Source: a virus
Taxonomy: Duplodnaviria; Caudoviricetes
Direction: 5' to 3' (one strand)
IMG/VR virus record: IMGVR_UViG_3300030372_004928
Location: 1 to 64,000 of that record
Length of the DNA: 64,000 nt
Under the pieces are notes generated by a model. It searched no databases, was not told the origin of the DNA, and saw nothing but the letters and a program-made list of their open reading frames with translations. Both the position numbers and the translations under genes were made by a program. Below, piece after piece: positions 36,901 to 48,200 of this stretch (position 1 is its first letter; each line of letters starts with the position of its first letter).

Positions 36901-39219
36901 ATCTTGAAAGACAGGATTAATTCTCGTACCATCGCCATAAATAGAAGGTAATTTATCAATTTGAATAACTTGTGACATAAACATATCTACATTGACCATA
37001 AAAGCCATAAAGTCTATAAAACCTTTAGGATTTTTTTCTTCTAACTCTTTAATATCTTGCCATTTATAATTTGAATATCCTTTAGTTTTTTGAATTTCTA
37101 TTTCATTTGTTTCTTCATTTTTAACCTCTACTACACCAGGATTAAATTTATTTGTTATATTTAAAAGACCTCTTGTAATAAATTTATTATAAGCTATAAT
37201 TGCTAAATTTTCATCGGCAACACTCATTTGTTCTATTAATTTTTCTACAGTCTTTTTATATTTTGCAGCTCTTTCTCCAATTCCTGAAGCTTTTGCTACT
37301 GTTACTGATTTTTGTAAATTAATTATAGCTTCTTCTAACCATTTTTGAACTTCAGTATCTCTATCTATTTGTACTTTTAAATCATTTTGAGTTTTAATAC
37401 TTTCATTTAATTGAGCTGATGCTTTTTCTAAATCTTCTCCTTGCATATAAGCTTGCAACATTTTTTCCATCATTGATTCTAATGGCAAAACTCCATCTTT
37501 ATTTAATCCTTGAACTTCTTCACTTGCAATTGCTACATCAGCGTATCTTGTTTCTCCTTTTTCATTTTTTTGTGCAATACCTTCTAAAGGGATAATTGCT
37601 AAAGCATGTTCTCCTGTTTGTTTATTATCTTTTACAAATTCAAAACCTTGTCTTTCTAAAATTAATTGGTAAGTAGATAATTGTAAAGAATAACTTCTAG
37701 CTGAAGTATATTCCATATCTTCTATAAAACCTTTAAACATTTTTTTAGAACCGTCTTTCTTATATTTATATTGATAAAAATCGTCAAACTTTCCATATTC
37801 TTTAGTTTTCCAATCATATATCATATATTTTCCATCGGGTCTACGAATAAGAAGGTCAATTGTACCTCCTACTCCCATTTCTTCATCAAATACTTTTACT
37901 TCTGGAAATAATTCATAATCTTTTTCTATTAAAGATTCAATAAAATCTGCTATATTATTTATATAACCTTTAACAAGTTTTTGGTCCATTCCCGAATAAA
38001 ATCTAATCCCATCTGCATCTAACCCTCCTTCGGGTTTATATAAATTACTTAATGCAGCATTTATAGAATCTTCTCTAGATTTACCTGCAGTTCTTGCTTT
38101 GATATAATCTTCTGTAATATTATGAATACCTGTACCTTCTTCTCTTTTATCTGCCCAAAAAGTTTCTAAATCTTCTTTACTAACAAAGTTTGCCCATTCG
38201 CCTTTTCTATTTTTTAATAAAGATTCTATTACTGAATCTTTATCAAATATCCCTCTTAGTTCATCTATAGCAGTTGTTACCCTGTTAATAACTACATCTT
38301 CTTTACCATCTTTTGTTAATTCTTTAGGAATAATATAGGAACTTTCATCTTCTGTTTTTCCTAATTTTTCCCCTCTTTTAATTAAATCTGATATATCTGT
38401 TTTTTGTTTTTGTACTTTACTAGATAATTTTCCTGTAAGAACAAATCTTTTTTTACTGCCAGTAAGGGCATAAGCTAACTTCAAGGTTGTATCATCATTA
38501 ATACCTAAATTAACTCCTATCATTCTTATAGCATTACTAAACCATGCTGCCCATCCTTTAATTTTATCTAATATAGTTCCTTTTTTTAGATTTCTAATTT
38601 TAACTCTTTCATCATAAAGCTTTTGTGCTTCTATACCAATAGCTGTAGTTAAAACTTCTTTACCTAATTGTTCATCATTTAATTCTTTATATAATGCAGC
38701 AACTTGTTTCCACAATTCACTTCCTCTAAGATTCTCAATTCCTTTTTTAAGCACTCTATCATTCTGTAATAAATCAACAAATAAGTGACTAAATTCATGA
38801 AATACACTATCCTTTCTAGCATTTTTACTATTAAATTTTACTGTAGTTTTTCCATTTATAGTAAATACTTGACCTGCATCAAGTATATTTGTATCAAATT
38901 TTACATCAATATCTAAACCTAAATCTTCAAATATTGTTGTTAAAGTTTCTATTTGTTCAATAGCTGCACTATTACTAAAACCACCAGTATCATTAAATAT
39001 TTCTAAATTTTTTGTTTCTCCATCTAAATTCAAGAAATATAAATTATCTGTTACTATAGCTTCTCCATTGCTATCAAGTTTTCCTGTATACCAATCTTTA
39101 AAAGTAGGAGTCTGTGAAGTTGCCCAAGCTTTTAATGCAGTTTTATGCCCATGTACTTTATAAACTGAATCATACAATTTAGATTTATTACCATTAGGTG
39201 CAGTATATTTACAAGCCAT
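34000..39219 (-). CDS. Giant virion (ejected) protein with zincin-like and PD-(D/E)XK domains
   Basis: MACK..PNG..S.LY N-terminus; HEFSH; GTGIH...E.KV...GTIDLL...IYDWKT...YSLQLSTY. Adjacent to the vRNAP gene. Confidence 0.75.
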   Translation of the reverse strand: MACKYTAPNGNKSKLYDSVYKVHGHKTALKAWATSQTPTFKDWYTGKLDSNGEAIVTDNLYFLNLDGETKNLEIFNDTGGFSNSAAIEQIETLTTIFEDLGLDIDVKFDTNILDAGQVFTINGKTTVKFNSKNARKDSVFHEFSHLFVDLLQNDRVLKKGIENLRGSELWKQVAALYKELNDEQLGKEVLTTAIGIEAQKLYDERVKIRNLKKGTILDKIKGWAAWFSNAIRMIGVNLGINDDTTLKLAYALTGSKKRFVLTGKLSSKVQKQKTDISDLIKRGEKLGKTEDESSYIIPKELTKDGKEDVVINRVTTAIDELRGIFDKDSVIESLLKNRKGEWANFVSKEDLETFWADKREEGTGIHNITEDYIKARTAGKSREDSINAALSNLYKPEGGLDADGIRFYSGMDQKLVKGYINNIADFIESLIEKDYELFPEVKVFDEEMGVGGTIDLLIRRPDGKYMIYDWKTKEYGKFDDFYQYKYKKDGSKKMFKGFIEDMEYTSARSYSLQLSTYQLILERQGFEFVKDNKQTGEHALAIIPLEGIAQKNEKGETRYADVAIASEEVQGLNKDGVLPLESMMEKMLQAYMQGEDLEKASAQLNESIKTQNDLKVQIDRDTEVQKWLEEAIINLQKSVTVAKASGIGERAAKYKKTVEKLIEQMSVADENLAIIAYNKFITRGLLNITNKFNPGVVEVKNEETNEIEIQKTKGYSNYKWQDIKELEEKNPKGFIDFMAFMVNVDMFMSQVIQIDKLPSIYGDGTRINPVFQDLKRNLDHISNLKWRLKMLNQQLDLRYQEISSNPLSGGRGVLNTNIDFFEAQRDLSLMQHNMDSLADTHNRYFANVMRAYAYKKREMDDETKAMTEQWLEKLKELEASGSSLDKFIDKSTGKVITDLDYDRFKAERDKAFKDAAKYKTGTKAYRDTLNDFYDNNVEERSDEERQIIMDEKRKELENPLNSDDTRAYDKWLNTLIYFDPKGNRIFKKSSVMYKPKESVYGNEDYNNLTASELEFHKYLTSVLAYLTEHTKSSMVSKGYLPAVPKNMKGFMEEFAVKMGWRKTGDYDQTKGVATDVNNEIVHFIPFMFNNLLNQKELHEIHDEMSIEDKRKYHKLNEEIRKENKEAHAAAIELDLSKTMPIFIKTALNHKHKKAMEFELLRVKRSFIENHQILTLKNNAPIKDKAKWAAGYEDHLVKSGTKGSRILDRYNDWLRMIFYEEFENDEGTMQKALGVLQNYTSLKSMAFNPYSSLNNQVYGELMSKIEAVSSEFFSSKDWRKAAGTYTTGIISYFADDEASFNFSSKQSAFMHHIPILMDFKELAGNENQSDALGNVMLNKMGIITNKAFMFEHMSEHNLQNRTLLAMAYSHRVVNGRIMKFNEFVQDKLTKITKEMINADPENVKKVIAENKKKRKELKAEFEKFDTLYDSYEFTDGKLKLKKGTKLKKDEIAEFQMRVLGVNQYLHGIYNKEDAGALQKYALGRLAMQFRKWMRPGWTKRFGSTFGKTEWNERRSHYDEGMYVTTWNFLTRPIQENIALYKESQENKQEGEMQITALKAIGNIIGDYTKFIGSAKLHWHTLNETQKANVKRTVAEYGAFAMALGLLSLAKYLKGDDDEPPFALVLTLYQLDRTVTELTTYMPIAVGFNEEGVFMGGGWINESKKLIKNPLAAFKTMEDILRLSKEVIAYPITAPEDLEYQGGVYYGENKLSIHAQKLVPVWSQKVKTDFMHKNYKFYKLY

Positions 39220-39259
39220 TTTTATAAATTTTATTTCAGTATTACGCTACTGGTTATTA

Positions 39260-42200
39260 TTAACAATTTTTACCTTTTCTATTTATTAATGGTTTTGTTG
39301 CTTTATTTTCTTCATTAGTTAATATATCACTATTAAAAGGTTTTTTACTAAAATAATGAATACCATTTTCAATTTTTTCATATAATCCTGTATTTCCTCC
39401 TTTATTTACTTTTAAATAAGTTTGTAAATTTTGTAAAGCTTTTACTGTTGCTATATTTCCCGAACCAAAAGTAGGAGAAGTAGTTCCATCTTCATTTTTT
39501 TGTGCTTTTATCATAACTACTCCATTAGCTCGTAATACAGAATATATTTTTCCATAAACACTAGTATTTTTAAATTTACCTTCTTCATTAAAAATAGAAT
39601 CATCTACAGTTTTAGCAGTAGTGTAACCCATTATAGTTGGAAATGTAACCATTATTTTATCATTATCAGTAAATTCTGACTTATTAGCTAATTCTCCAAA
39701 AGATTTAGTTAAAAGTTTTAAATCTGTACTTACTATTTCTTCAGTAGCATTTTTTCCTATTTCACTGCCTATAAAACCTGTAGCAGTAGTATACATAATT
39801 TTATCTGGAGCATTTATATTTTCTAATTCAAGATTATTGTAAGTCATAAAGTTAGCATTAAGATCATTTAAACCAAATTCATTATTTCCTTGAATTGCAA
39901 TTTCAAAATCATTTTGACTTCTACTAACTTGATTTTCTTTAATAAAAGATTTTTCACTAGATTCAGTTATATTAATACTACCTAGTTTATCTACAGGATA
40001 AAAATAAGTAGAACCATCTTTTTCTATATATTTTTTATATAAAATATCTTCTTGTTTTATAGATTCATTATTTATTAATAGTGTTTTAGTTCCTACTATA
40101 TAATCAGATTGAACTACTCTTAAATCTTCATTTTGATATTCAGATGTAGTTACTTCTATAAATTCTTTAGTTGCACCCATAATAATGGTTTTCCAATCAG
40201 GTGTACCATTTATTGTACCTTTTTCACCTAATTCTCTTTTTGTATATACTCTAGGTACAATATCAGTATTAAACCAATTACTTCTTATAAATTTATCTTT
40301 AATATCTTCATATCTATCTAACAAGAAATTATCCATTTTAGATTTTTCTTTAAGATCATATAAGAATTTATCTAAACCTATTTCTTTAAATACTTCTGTA
40401 GGAATTAATTTACTAAAACTATTTTTATTCATAGTTAAGCCAGTAGTAAAGAAAGAATATTTTACTAAATCTTGAGCTAATGATTTTTCAAATTCATCAT
40501 TAGAATTCCACATTTCAAGAAAAGAATCAATAATAGTATCATCTAATAAAGAATCTGTTTTTGTATTTTGGAATTCTATAAAATGCATAGAATTTTTCTT
40601 TACATCTTTTTCTCCTAATTTGTGAGTTAAATAGTTTAAAATATGAGTATCATTTTGAAGTTTATCTTTAAGTTTATTCTGCATTATTTGTAGTTTATTT
40701 GCAGTACTTAATTTATTAAAATCTTCAATACTTATATTTATATCTGTTTTAACTTCCAAATTTTCTGCACCTAAAATTCTTTGTTTTGTATTATTATTCT
40801 CATAATTTTCAGAAAAGAATTCAAATTCATTTTGTAAATAAGTTAAAATATATTGAGATAATTTATCTGCATTTTTTGGATTAAAATGTATACCTGTATC
40901 ATTAGTAAAAACTTGTATAAATTTTCTAAACGCTACTGAATGTTGTATAAATAATGGAGATAATATTTCTGTTGCTGCATCAAAAGCTTCTTCTTTATAA
41001 GCTTTAAGTACAGGATATTTACTATCTTCTCCATAAACTGCTATAGTTGCAGGTACAGTTTCACCATTTACTTTTGCAAAAACTCTAGCATCACTTTCAA
41101 CTCTTATAACTGTATCTTCTCTAATTGTTCTTTTTTCTTCTGCAGTTGTTTCTTCTGCTCTTTTTCTTCTTAATAATTCATTAGCAGTCATTATTTCTCC
41201 ATTAAACTCTACTCTTGTTTCTCCATCAACTTTTAAATTTCTTAATTGACTAAATTTCATATAGTAAGTAGCTTTCTGTATACTTTTATTAAGCATTTCT
41301 GGTCTTGTCAACGAAGGTCCAACATCTGTTCTATCTGATGCTGTAGCTTTTATCATATCATCATAACCTTCTCCTGCTTTTTTATATCTTTTAAACATTT
41401 CAAGAATTTTAATTTGGTCTTGAAGATACCTAGCTTTTTCTATAGGAGTTAAATTATTATAATTACTAGATACACTATTTTTTATATGATTTTTAAGTGT
41501 ATCTACATCAAAAGCAAAAGATTCAGAAGTATCTATATTAAATAAATCTTTTAATTCTGTTGTATCAGGATTTATATCTTCTCCATTACTTATTTGAGAA
41601 TCAAATGGTTCAATTACAGCAAATTCTTTTCCGTCTATAGTTAATATTTTTACATAATCTTTTACATTTCTAAGAAAATTATTTTTTGGGTTTCTTGCAA
41701 TTTTATATAATTCAGTAATATATCTATTTTTTATTGCTTCAATTTCTTTACCTAAATTTTCATCTTCAGTAAATCCTTGTGTTTCAAAAAATAATTCACT
41801 TAAATCATTTAATATAGGTTGACGAATAAACATACTTGTATATCTAATATCCATACCTGTATTCAACATTGTAATAAATGTATTAAATGTGTATGTATTT
41901 ACATTAGGTGGAAGTCCTTCTTTTACTATATCTAATGTCATTGCTAAAACTTGACTAGCATGAATCATTGTATTGTCTCCATTTACATTTGTAAATGTAC
42001 CATCATTATTCCATCCTAAATTTTTATGTTTAACGGTAACATAATCTTTTTGAGGTTTAGGTTTAGGTTTAGCAGGTTTTGCCATTTTAGGCATAGAAGG
42101 TAAACCTGTGTCTTTAATAGGTTTAACTCTTCTCATAGTTATAGATATTCTATAACTACCTTTAGGATAAGTTTTGCCGTCTATTTCAGTAGTTATTTCA

Positions 42201-45200
42201 GGTAAAAAGCCATCTACTTTATTTGGTGCAGTTCTATGCCATACTTTTCTATTTTTTCCTTTAATACCAAAAACATAACCATCTCCTGCATTTAATTCTG
42301 TAACACCTTTACCGACTCTTTCTATTGAAAAATTACCACTACCACCTATATTAACTACTAAAACAGGATAACCTATAGTATCACTTGCTTCACTAACATC
42401 TTGATGGGAATGTATAAAATGATTTTCACTATATAAATTAATAATAGCACCGTCATAATCACTAGCATCAACTCCTGTAGCTTTTGTCATTAATTCTTTT
42501 AATCTATCATTTACTGGTTCTAATGGCTCGCCATTTATAGATTTATCAAAATAACCAAATTTTGATCTAGTTCCATCCATACCTCTGTCAAGAATAGTAC
42601 CTAAATCTATTGGTTCTTTATTTGGATTATTATCTTTATAATCCCATCTTAAACCTAAACCAATCATTACATTAGCATCTTTTCCTTTATTTGTTACAGC
42701 TCCTTGTCTTTCTAAAATAGGTTTAAGCATTTCAAATAATTCAATTTGTTCTGCTTCTGTAAGTGCATTCCTTTTTACTTCAACTCCATCAATTATTTTT
42801 TCAGTTTTAATTTTTGAAGGTTGTTTAATTTCATCAGTAACTTGTTCAGCAACTTGTTCAGATTTTGACCATACACCAAGAACATTACCATCTACAGTTA
42901 TTTCAGAATAATTATAACCTTTAGCTTCTAGATTTTTATAAAGCCTTTTTTCTCCTTCATTATAATCACTATCATCTATATAATCTTTATTATCAGCAAT
43001 AATAGTAGCACCTGCTTCCAAAGCTTTAATAGCTTCTCTTATAGTTTTATCTTGTTGGGTTTTTCTTAAATCAGCTGCACCTCTTTTACCCCCTATAGAA
43101 ACAAATATTACATCATTATCTCCATAATTACCAGTGTTAGCGTATTCTCCTGCTTCTTCTGCATAATGTGCTGTACTGCTATCTTTAATACCTTCAGCAA
43201 AACCTATATATTGTGTAGCAATTTTAGCTTTTGCTTTAGCTTTTTTATCAGCTTTTTTTATAGGAGTGACAGTAAACACATTTTTAGCAGAATCTATTTT
43301 AGCAACTTCTTCAGTAATTACATCTCCTAATTCTGCTTCTTTCCTCCATAAACCAAATGTTTGTCCATCAATTACTGTTTCTGTATATACTGCACCTTCT
43401 GAATCTAAAAAGTCTCTTAAAGCTTTTTTTGGAGTATAACTTCCTGCTGAATTTAATGTACCTATATTATCAGTAATAATAGCTGCACCAGATTGTAAAA
43501 CCTTTTTCAATTCAGCTTTTGTCTTTTTTAATCCTTCTCGAAAATTTCTACTATAAGAAACAAGTACAACATCGTCTTTAGTATAATTTCCACTATTTAC
43601 AACAGATTTATCTTTTATTTGGTCTTGATAAAATCTTGTATTATTATTTCCTGCAGAACCAAATCCTACAAATTTTGTAGATACTGTAGCCATTAATGGA
43701 GTTTTAGTATCTCTTTTATCTTTACTTACAAATGGTTCTAAAGTAAATACAGTTTGTTTATCTAAATCTTCTGTAGTTTCTGCTTGTATATTTCTTACAC
43801 CAGGTCTAGATTTTTTATTTAAAGTTTCAACATTTTCTTCTCCATATTTTTCTTTTAATTCTTTTTCAGAATAAACTTTAGTTACCCTATTTAACTTTCC
43901 TTCTTTCATTAACTTTTCATTTTCTTTTATCTCTTCTTTAGTTAATGGGGTAGTTCTATAATTTGTATGAAAAGCTAATTCATCTGCTAAAAACATTTCA
44001 ACAACTTGTGCTACACTTAAAAAAGTATTACTATTTGCAGCCATACCTTTTAATGCAATACCAGAAATATTTTGTTTTCTATATTCTAATTGAGCATAAG
44101 CTGTTGCAGGATTTAAGTGTTCAACTTCTTTTCCTAATAAAGTATTTATTTCATCAATAACATCTGCAGCATCTTCAAAAGATTGAGAAGTTACAACTCC
44201 ACTAAAGTGATCGGGATGTAATAATTTAGCTTTGAAAATATCTAAAATACGATTATCTCTTGCTTTTCTTGTATTAGCTTGTGCTTCAGATAATTTATCG
44301 TATTCTTTTCTTAATGTTTCTAAATTTTTTGCACCTAATAATGCTTGATATTTTTTACGATTATTTAATGCTTGTTTCTCTTTCTTTTTAACTTCTTCTA
44401 CATAAGTATTATATTCTTTAACATCTTTTAAACGTGATATAATAAAGTTTTTAGTTTCTTTAACACTTTTTTCTAATGCAAATGCATTTGCTTGAATACT
44501 TCTTAATCGTAAATCTTCTTTAGTATTTCTACCCCAATGTTGTAAACCGTATTGATTTTGAACATATTCAATTGTAGCTTTTGCTCTTTCTTTTTGTACT
44601 TCTAGATAATTAAATAATTCATCAATTTCAGTAAAGTTTGTTTGAGCCCCTTCATTAAAAACATCAAATATAGCTTGTAATTGTCTTGTTGTATCTTCTG
44701 CAGTTTCTTGCTTTACTTCATGTAAATTCTGTTGAGTAGTATTAAATCTTTTTACTTGTGTATTTAACTTTTTAGCTTCTTGGTCTGGATTATCTTTTAA
44801 ATTTTCAAGTAATTTTTTTGCTGCTCTAGATTCTAACCAAGCAGTAAATCCTTCTTCTCCTTTTTCATAATAATCATTTTTTTGATAAGTTCTTTTACCA
44901 TCTATATCTGTAGTAGTAAAACTATGATACATAATATATTCCTTATCAACATCAAAGTCAAATCCTTTAGCAGTAACATATTCTTGAGGTAGAACAATTG
45001 TACTTCCACTTTCTACAGGCAGAAATCCTACAACTTTAAATACAGTAAACATATAATCTTGTTCTGAAGGAATTCTATAAGAAATCATAGTTCTTAATTC
45101 TTCAGGTATATTGTTTATATCATCAAGTACATATTCTCCTTTTTCATTTTTAACATAAAACTGTTTACTCCATGCAGGTAAAAGTGCTTCAGCAGTAACA

Positions 45201-48200
45201 ACTTTACCATCTTTAGAAGTAGACATTTGTAGTTTAGAATTTTTTCTTTTCTTAACATCATCGTGCCATATAATTCCTCCATCATCTTTAAAATCCTCAT
45301 CTCCTTTTACTTCAGCATTTAAAAATACACTACTTAAAAGTACTCCACTTCCACCAGGTACTTTTTGATTTACAACTCTATCTGTAAATAAACTTGTTAA
45401 AATAGCTTGCCATTTTTTAGTCATATTACTCATAAATAAAGGAAGATTAAAATTACCTTCTGCATCTAATTCAATTGCTTCAAGATAATTTTCAGCTAAC
45501 AACTTTCTATTTACTTCATTTATTAATATATCACTAAGTTTACTATAATCAGTTATTACAAATTCATTATTTTCATCTATTTCTACTCCAATATCTTCTC
45601 TTAATGTTGCACCATCTTCAACAATATTTTGAATCATAACATCCATATAATGTTTAATATATTCATCTCTTGTATATTCAGTTCCAGCTACATTATAAAC
45701 ATTTCCTTTAGGGAGGTTTCCAATAATAATTTTAGCTATTTGTGTACCTAACTTATTTTTACTATCCATCATATGGTCAGGTACATCTAATTGTAATTTC
45801 CAATTACTTTGTTTGTATTCTTTAAATACATATCCTTTTTCAAGTGTAAATTGGTTTAATTTATCTTCTACAAGGTTGCCATTAGCGTCAGTAACATCCA
45901 TGGCATATTCTTTTCCTGTTTTTTCTGCAGATTCAAATTGTACCTCATCTATTTCATTTTTTTCCATCCAATTAGAAATAGTTTCTAATTGAGTATTTTT
46001 TATTAATTGAGGTATAAGAACAATAGTACTATATTTTACTTGTGTACTTACATGTCTTTTAAGATTAGGATTAAATTCTCTACCATAATAAAATCCTTTA
46101 AAAGGTTGAATAAATAACTCTAATTCATTTCTTTTTAAAGGTTGACCTTTTTTTACTTTATCAAATAATCTTTCATATGTAGAATTCCATCTACCGTAAT
46201 CTTTGAGAATATTTTCTGCTCTTGCAATAGTTATATACCCTTGACCATCTGCAACATTTGTTTCTAAATAACCTTTTGTTATTTTATGAACAGCTATCTC
46301 AAGAGCATTCATTTTAGTATAATTAGGTTTAGTCTTATTAACTTTATTTATATCTACAGTTTGATTTCCGTATTTATTAGGTTGACTTTTTTGTAATGAT
46401 TTAGCTACATTTTCTACAATATTTTCATAATTTTCAGATTTAAGTTCTATGTCTTTTAATGTTGCAGCTGTATAAAACTCTCCTGTATAGTTATTAGCAC
46501 CTGCATTACCTGGTGAATGCGGTCCTTTTGCTCTTTTATTTACATTTTTAGAAGGATATAATTCTTCTTTTTTTGTTCCAAATTCAGCTTGATTTCCTAC
46601 TATATAATTAAATTGTTCGACATTACTAATGTAATTATTTAACATAAATTCTGCTATAAAATTATCAAAACCATTATCATCTTTTGTAGCATAATCGTTA
46701 AATCTTACAGATTGAGTATATACTTTTTCAGTATGTCCATAAACTTCTTTACCTCTTTGAATTTGTTGTGCAATAAATTCATTTATTTTTTCATAAACAG
46801 AATTATTTATTTGTTGTATTGCATTTTGACTTTTATATACATCTGCAAAATACATCCCATCTATAAAAAGTTTATCTATTTGATTTATAGAAGGAATATT
46901 TTGGAATTTAAACACATCTCCTGTCGGTTCTCCTTTTTCATTAAGTAATTTAGGTAATAAAATTCCTGCTTCTTTTGAATATTCAAGCTCTTTCCAATAA
47001 TAGTTTTCTTCTAATTTTGTATAATCTAAATGTATATCTCCATCAAATTCAGGGTCTCCACGAAATTTATGTTCTTTTGGTTTAAAAGTTCCTTTCTTTT
47101 TATCTACAATAAATAATAAATCTCTTGCTGCTTTCATTCTCTGCATTTCTTGAGAAACAGTATTTTTTATAGCTATAAATAAAGGATTTTCTATTACTTG
47201 ATCATGTTCATTTTTTATATATCTAGGTACTGTACCGTTTTGTACTCCTTCAAAAATAGGACTATTTATAAAATGAATATTACCAGAATCAGAAGGAATA
47301 GGCATTGATATTTTTGAGAAACCATTTTTATATCCTTCCAAATACATTAATACTTGGGTCATTTGCCATGCTTTATCAGGCATATCTCTATACTGATAAC
47401 CTTCTTTAGTTTGTGTGTTTTTAACACCCCCTTGTCTTGAATATCTCCAATTTTTTAGAAATTCATCAATTAATTCTGTAGTCTTGAATTGATTATCTAT
47501 TGGAAATAACCAATTACTATATTGCATTGCAGGGTCTTGTGCATATTGTTGTAATAATTGTAATAATTGTTCTTTAGCTTTACTAGAAGTATGATACATA
47601 GGATTAGATGCTGCTTCTACTAATCCAAAAAATTCACTTAAAAAACTTGGATTTACTGTTCCATAAACATTATTACCATTTACATCAAAATAACTAGATT
47701 CAATTAAATCGTATTGAAAAACATTTACTTGTTCAGCTACATCATTTAATCTATTAATTGATTGTTCTTCAATTAAAATTTCCTCAATTTTTTCTTTCCT
47801 TTCTAAATAATCTTTTTCAGTTAATTTTTCTTTTTGTGCTTCTAAAGTATTTAATTCTATATTTTTATTTTTAAGTTGACTTAAAATAGGTCTAATTATA
47901 AACTCTAAATTACTTTTGAAAACATTATTATAGAAATCTACTTTAGATTTATTATTCCTTAATCCAACAGGATTTGATAAAACTTTTTCTATCATTTCTT
48001 TTGTTAAAGGAATTCCTAATGCATTAAATGCTTTTTCTGTAGCTTCAACTACTTTATCATTATTTCTCCATGATTTAGAATTATATAAACCATTTTTTTT
48101 ACTTTGTATAATTTTTATATAATCATATAGTATTTTTTCTAATTTATCTAAAGTTAATTCTCCAGAATTTAATTTTGAATTAATATTAGATTGCCATTTT

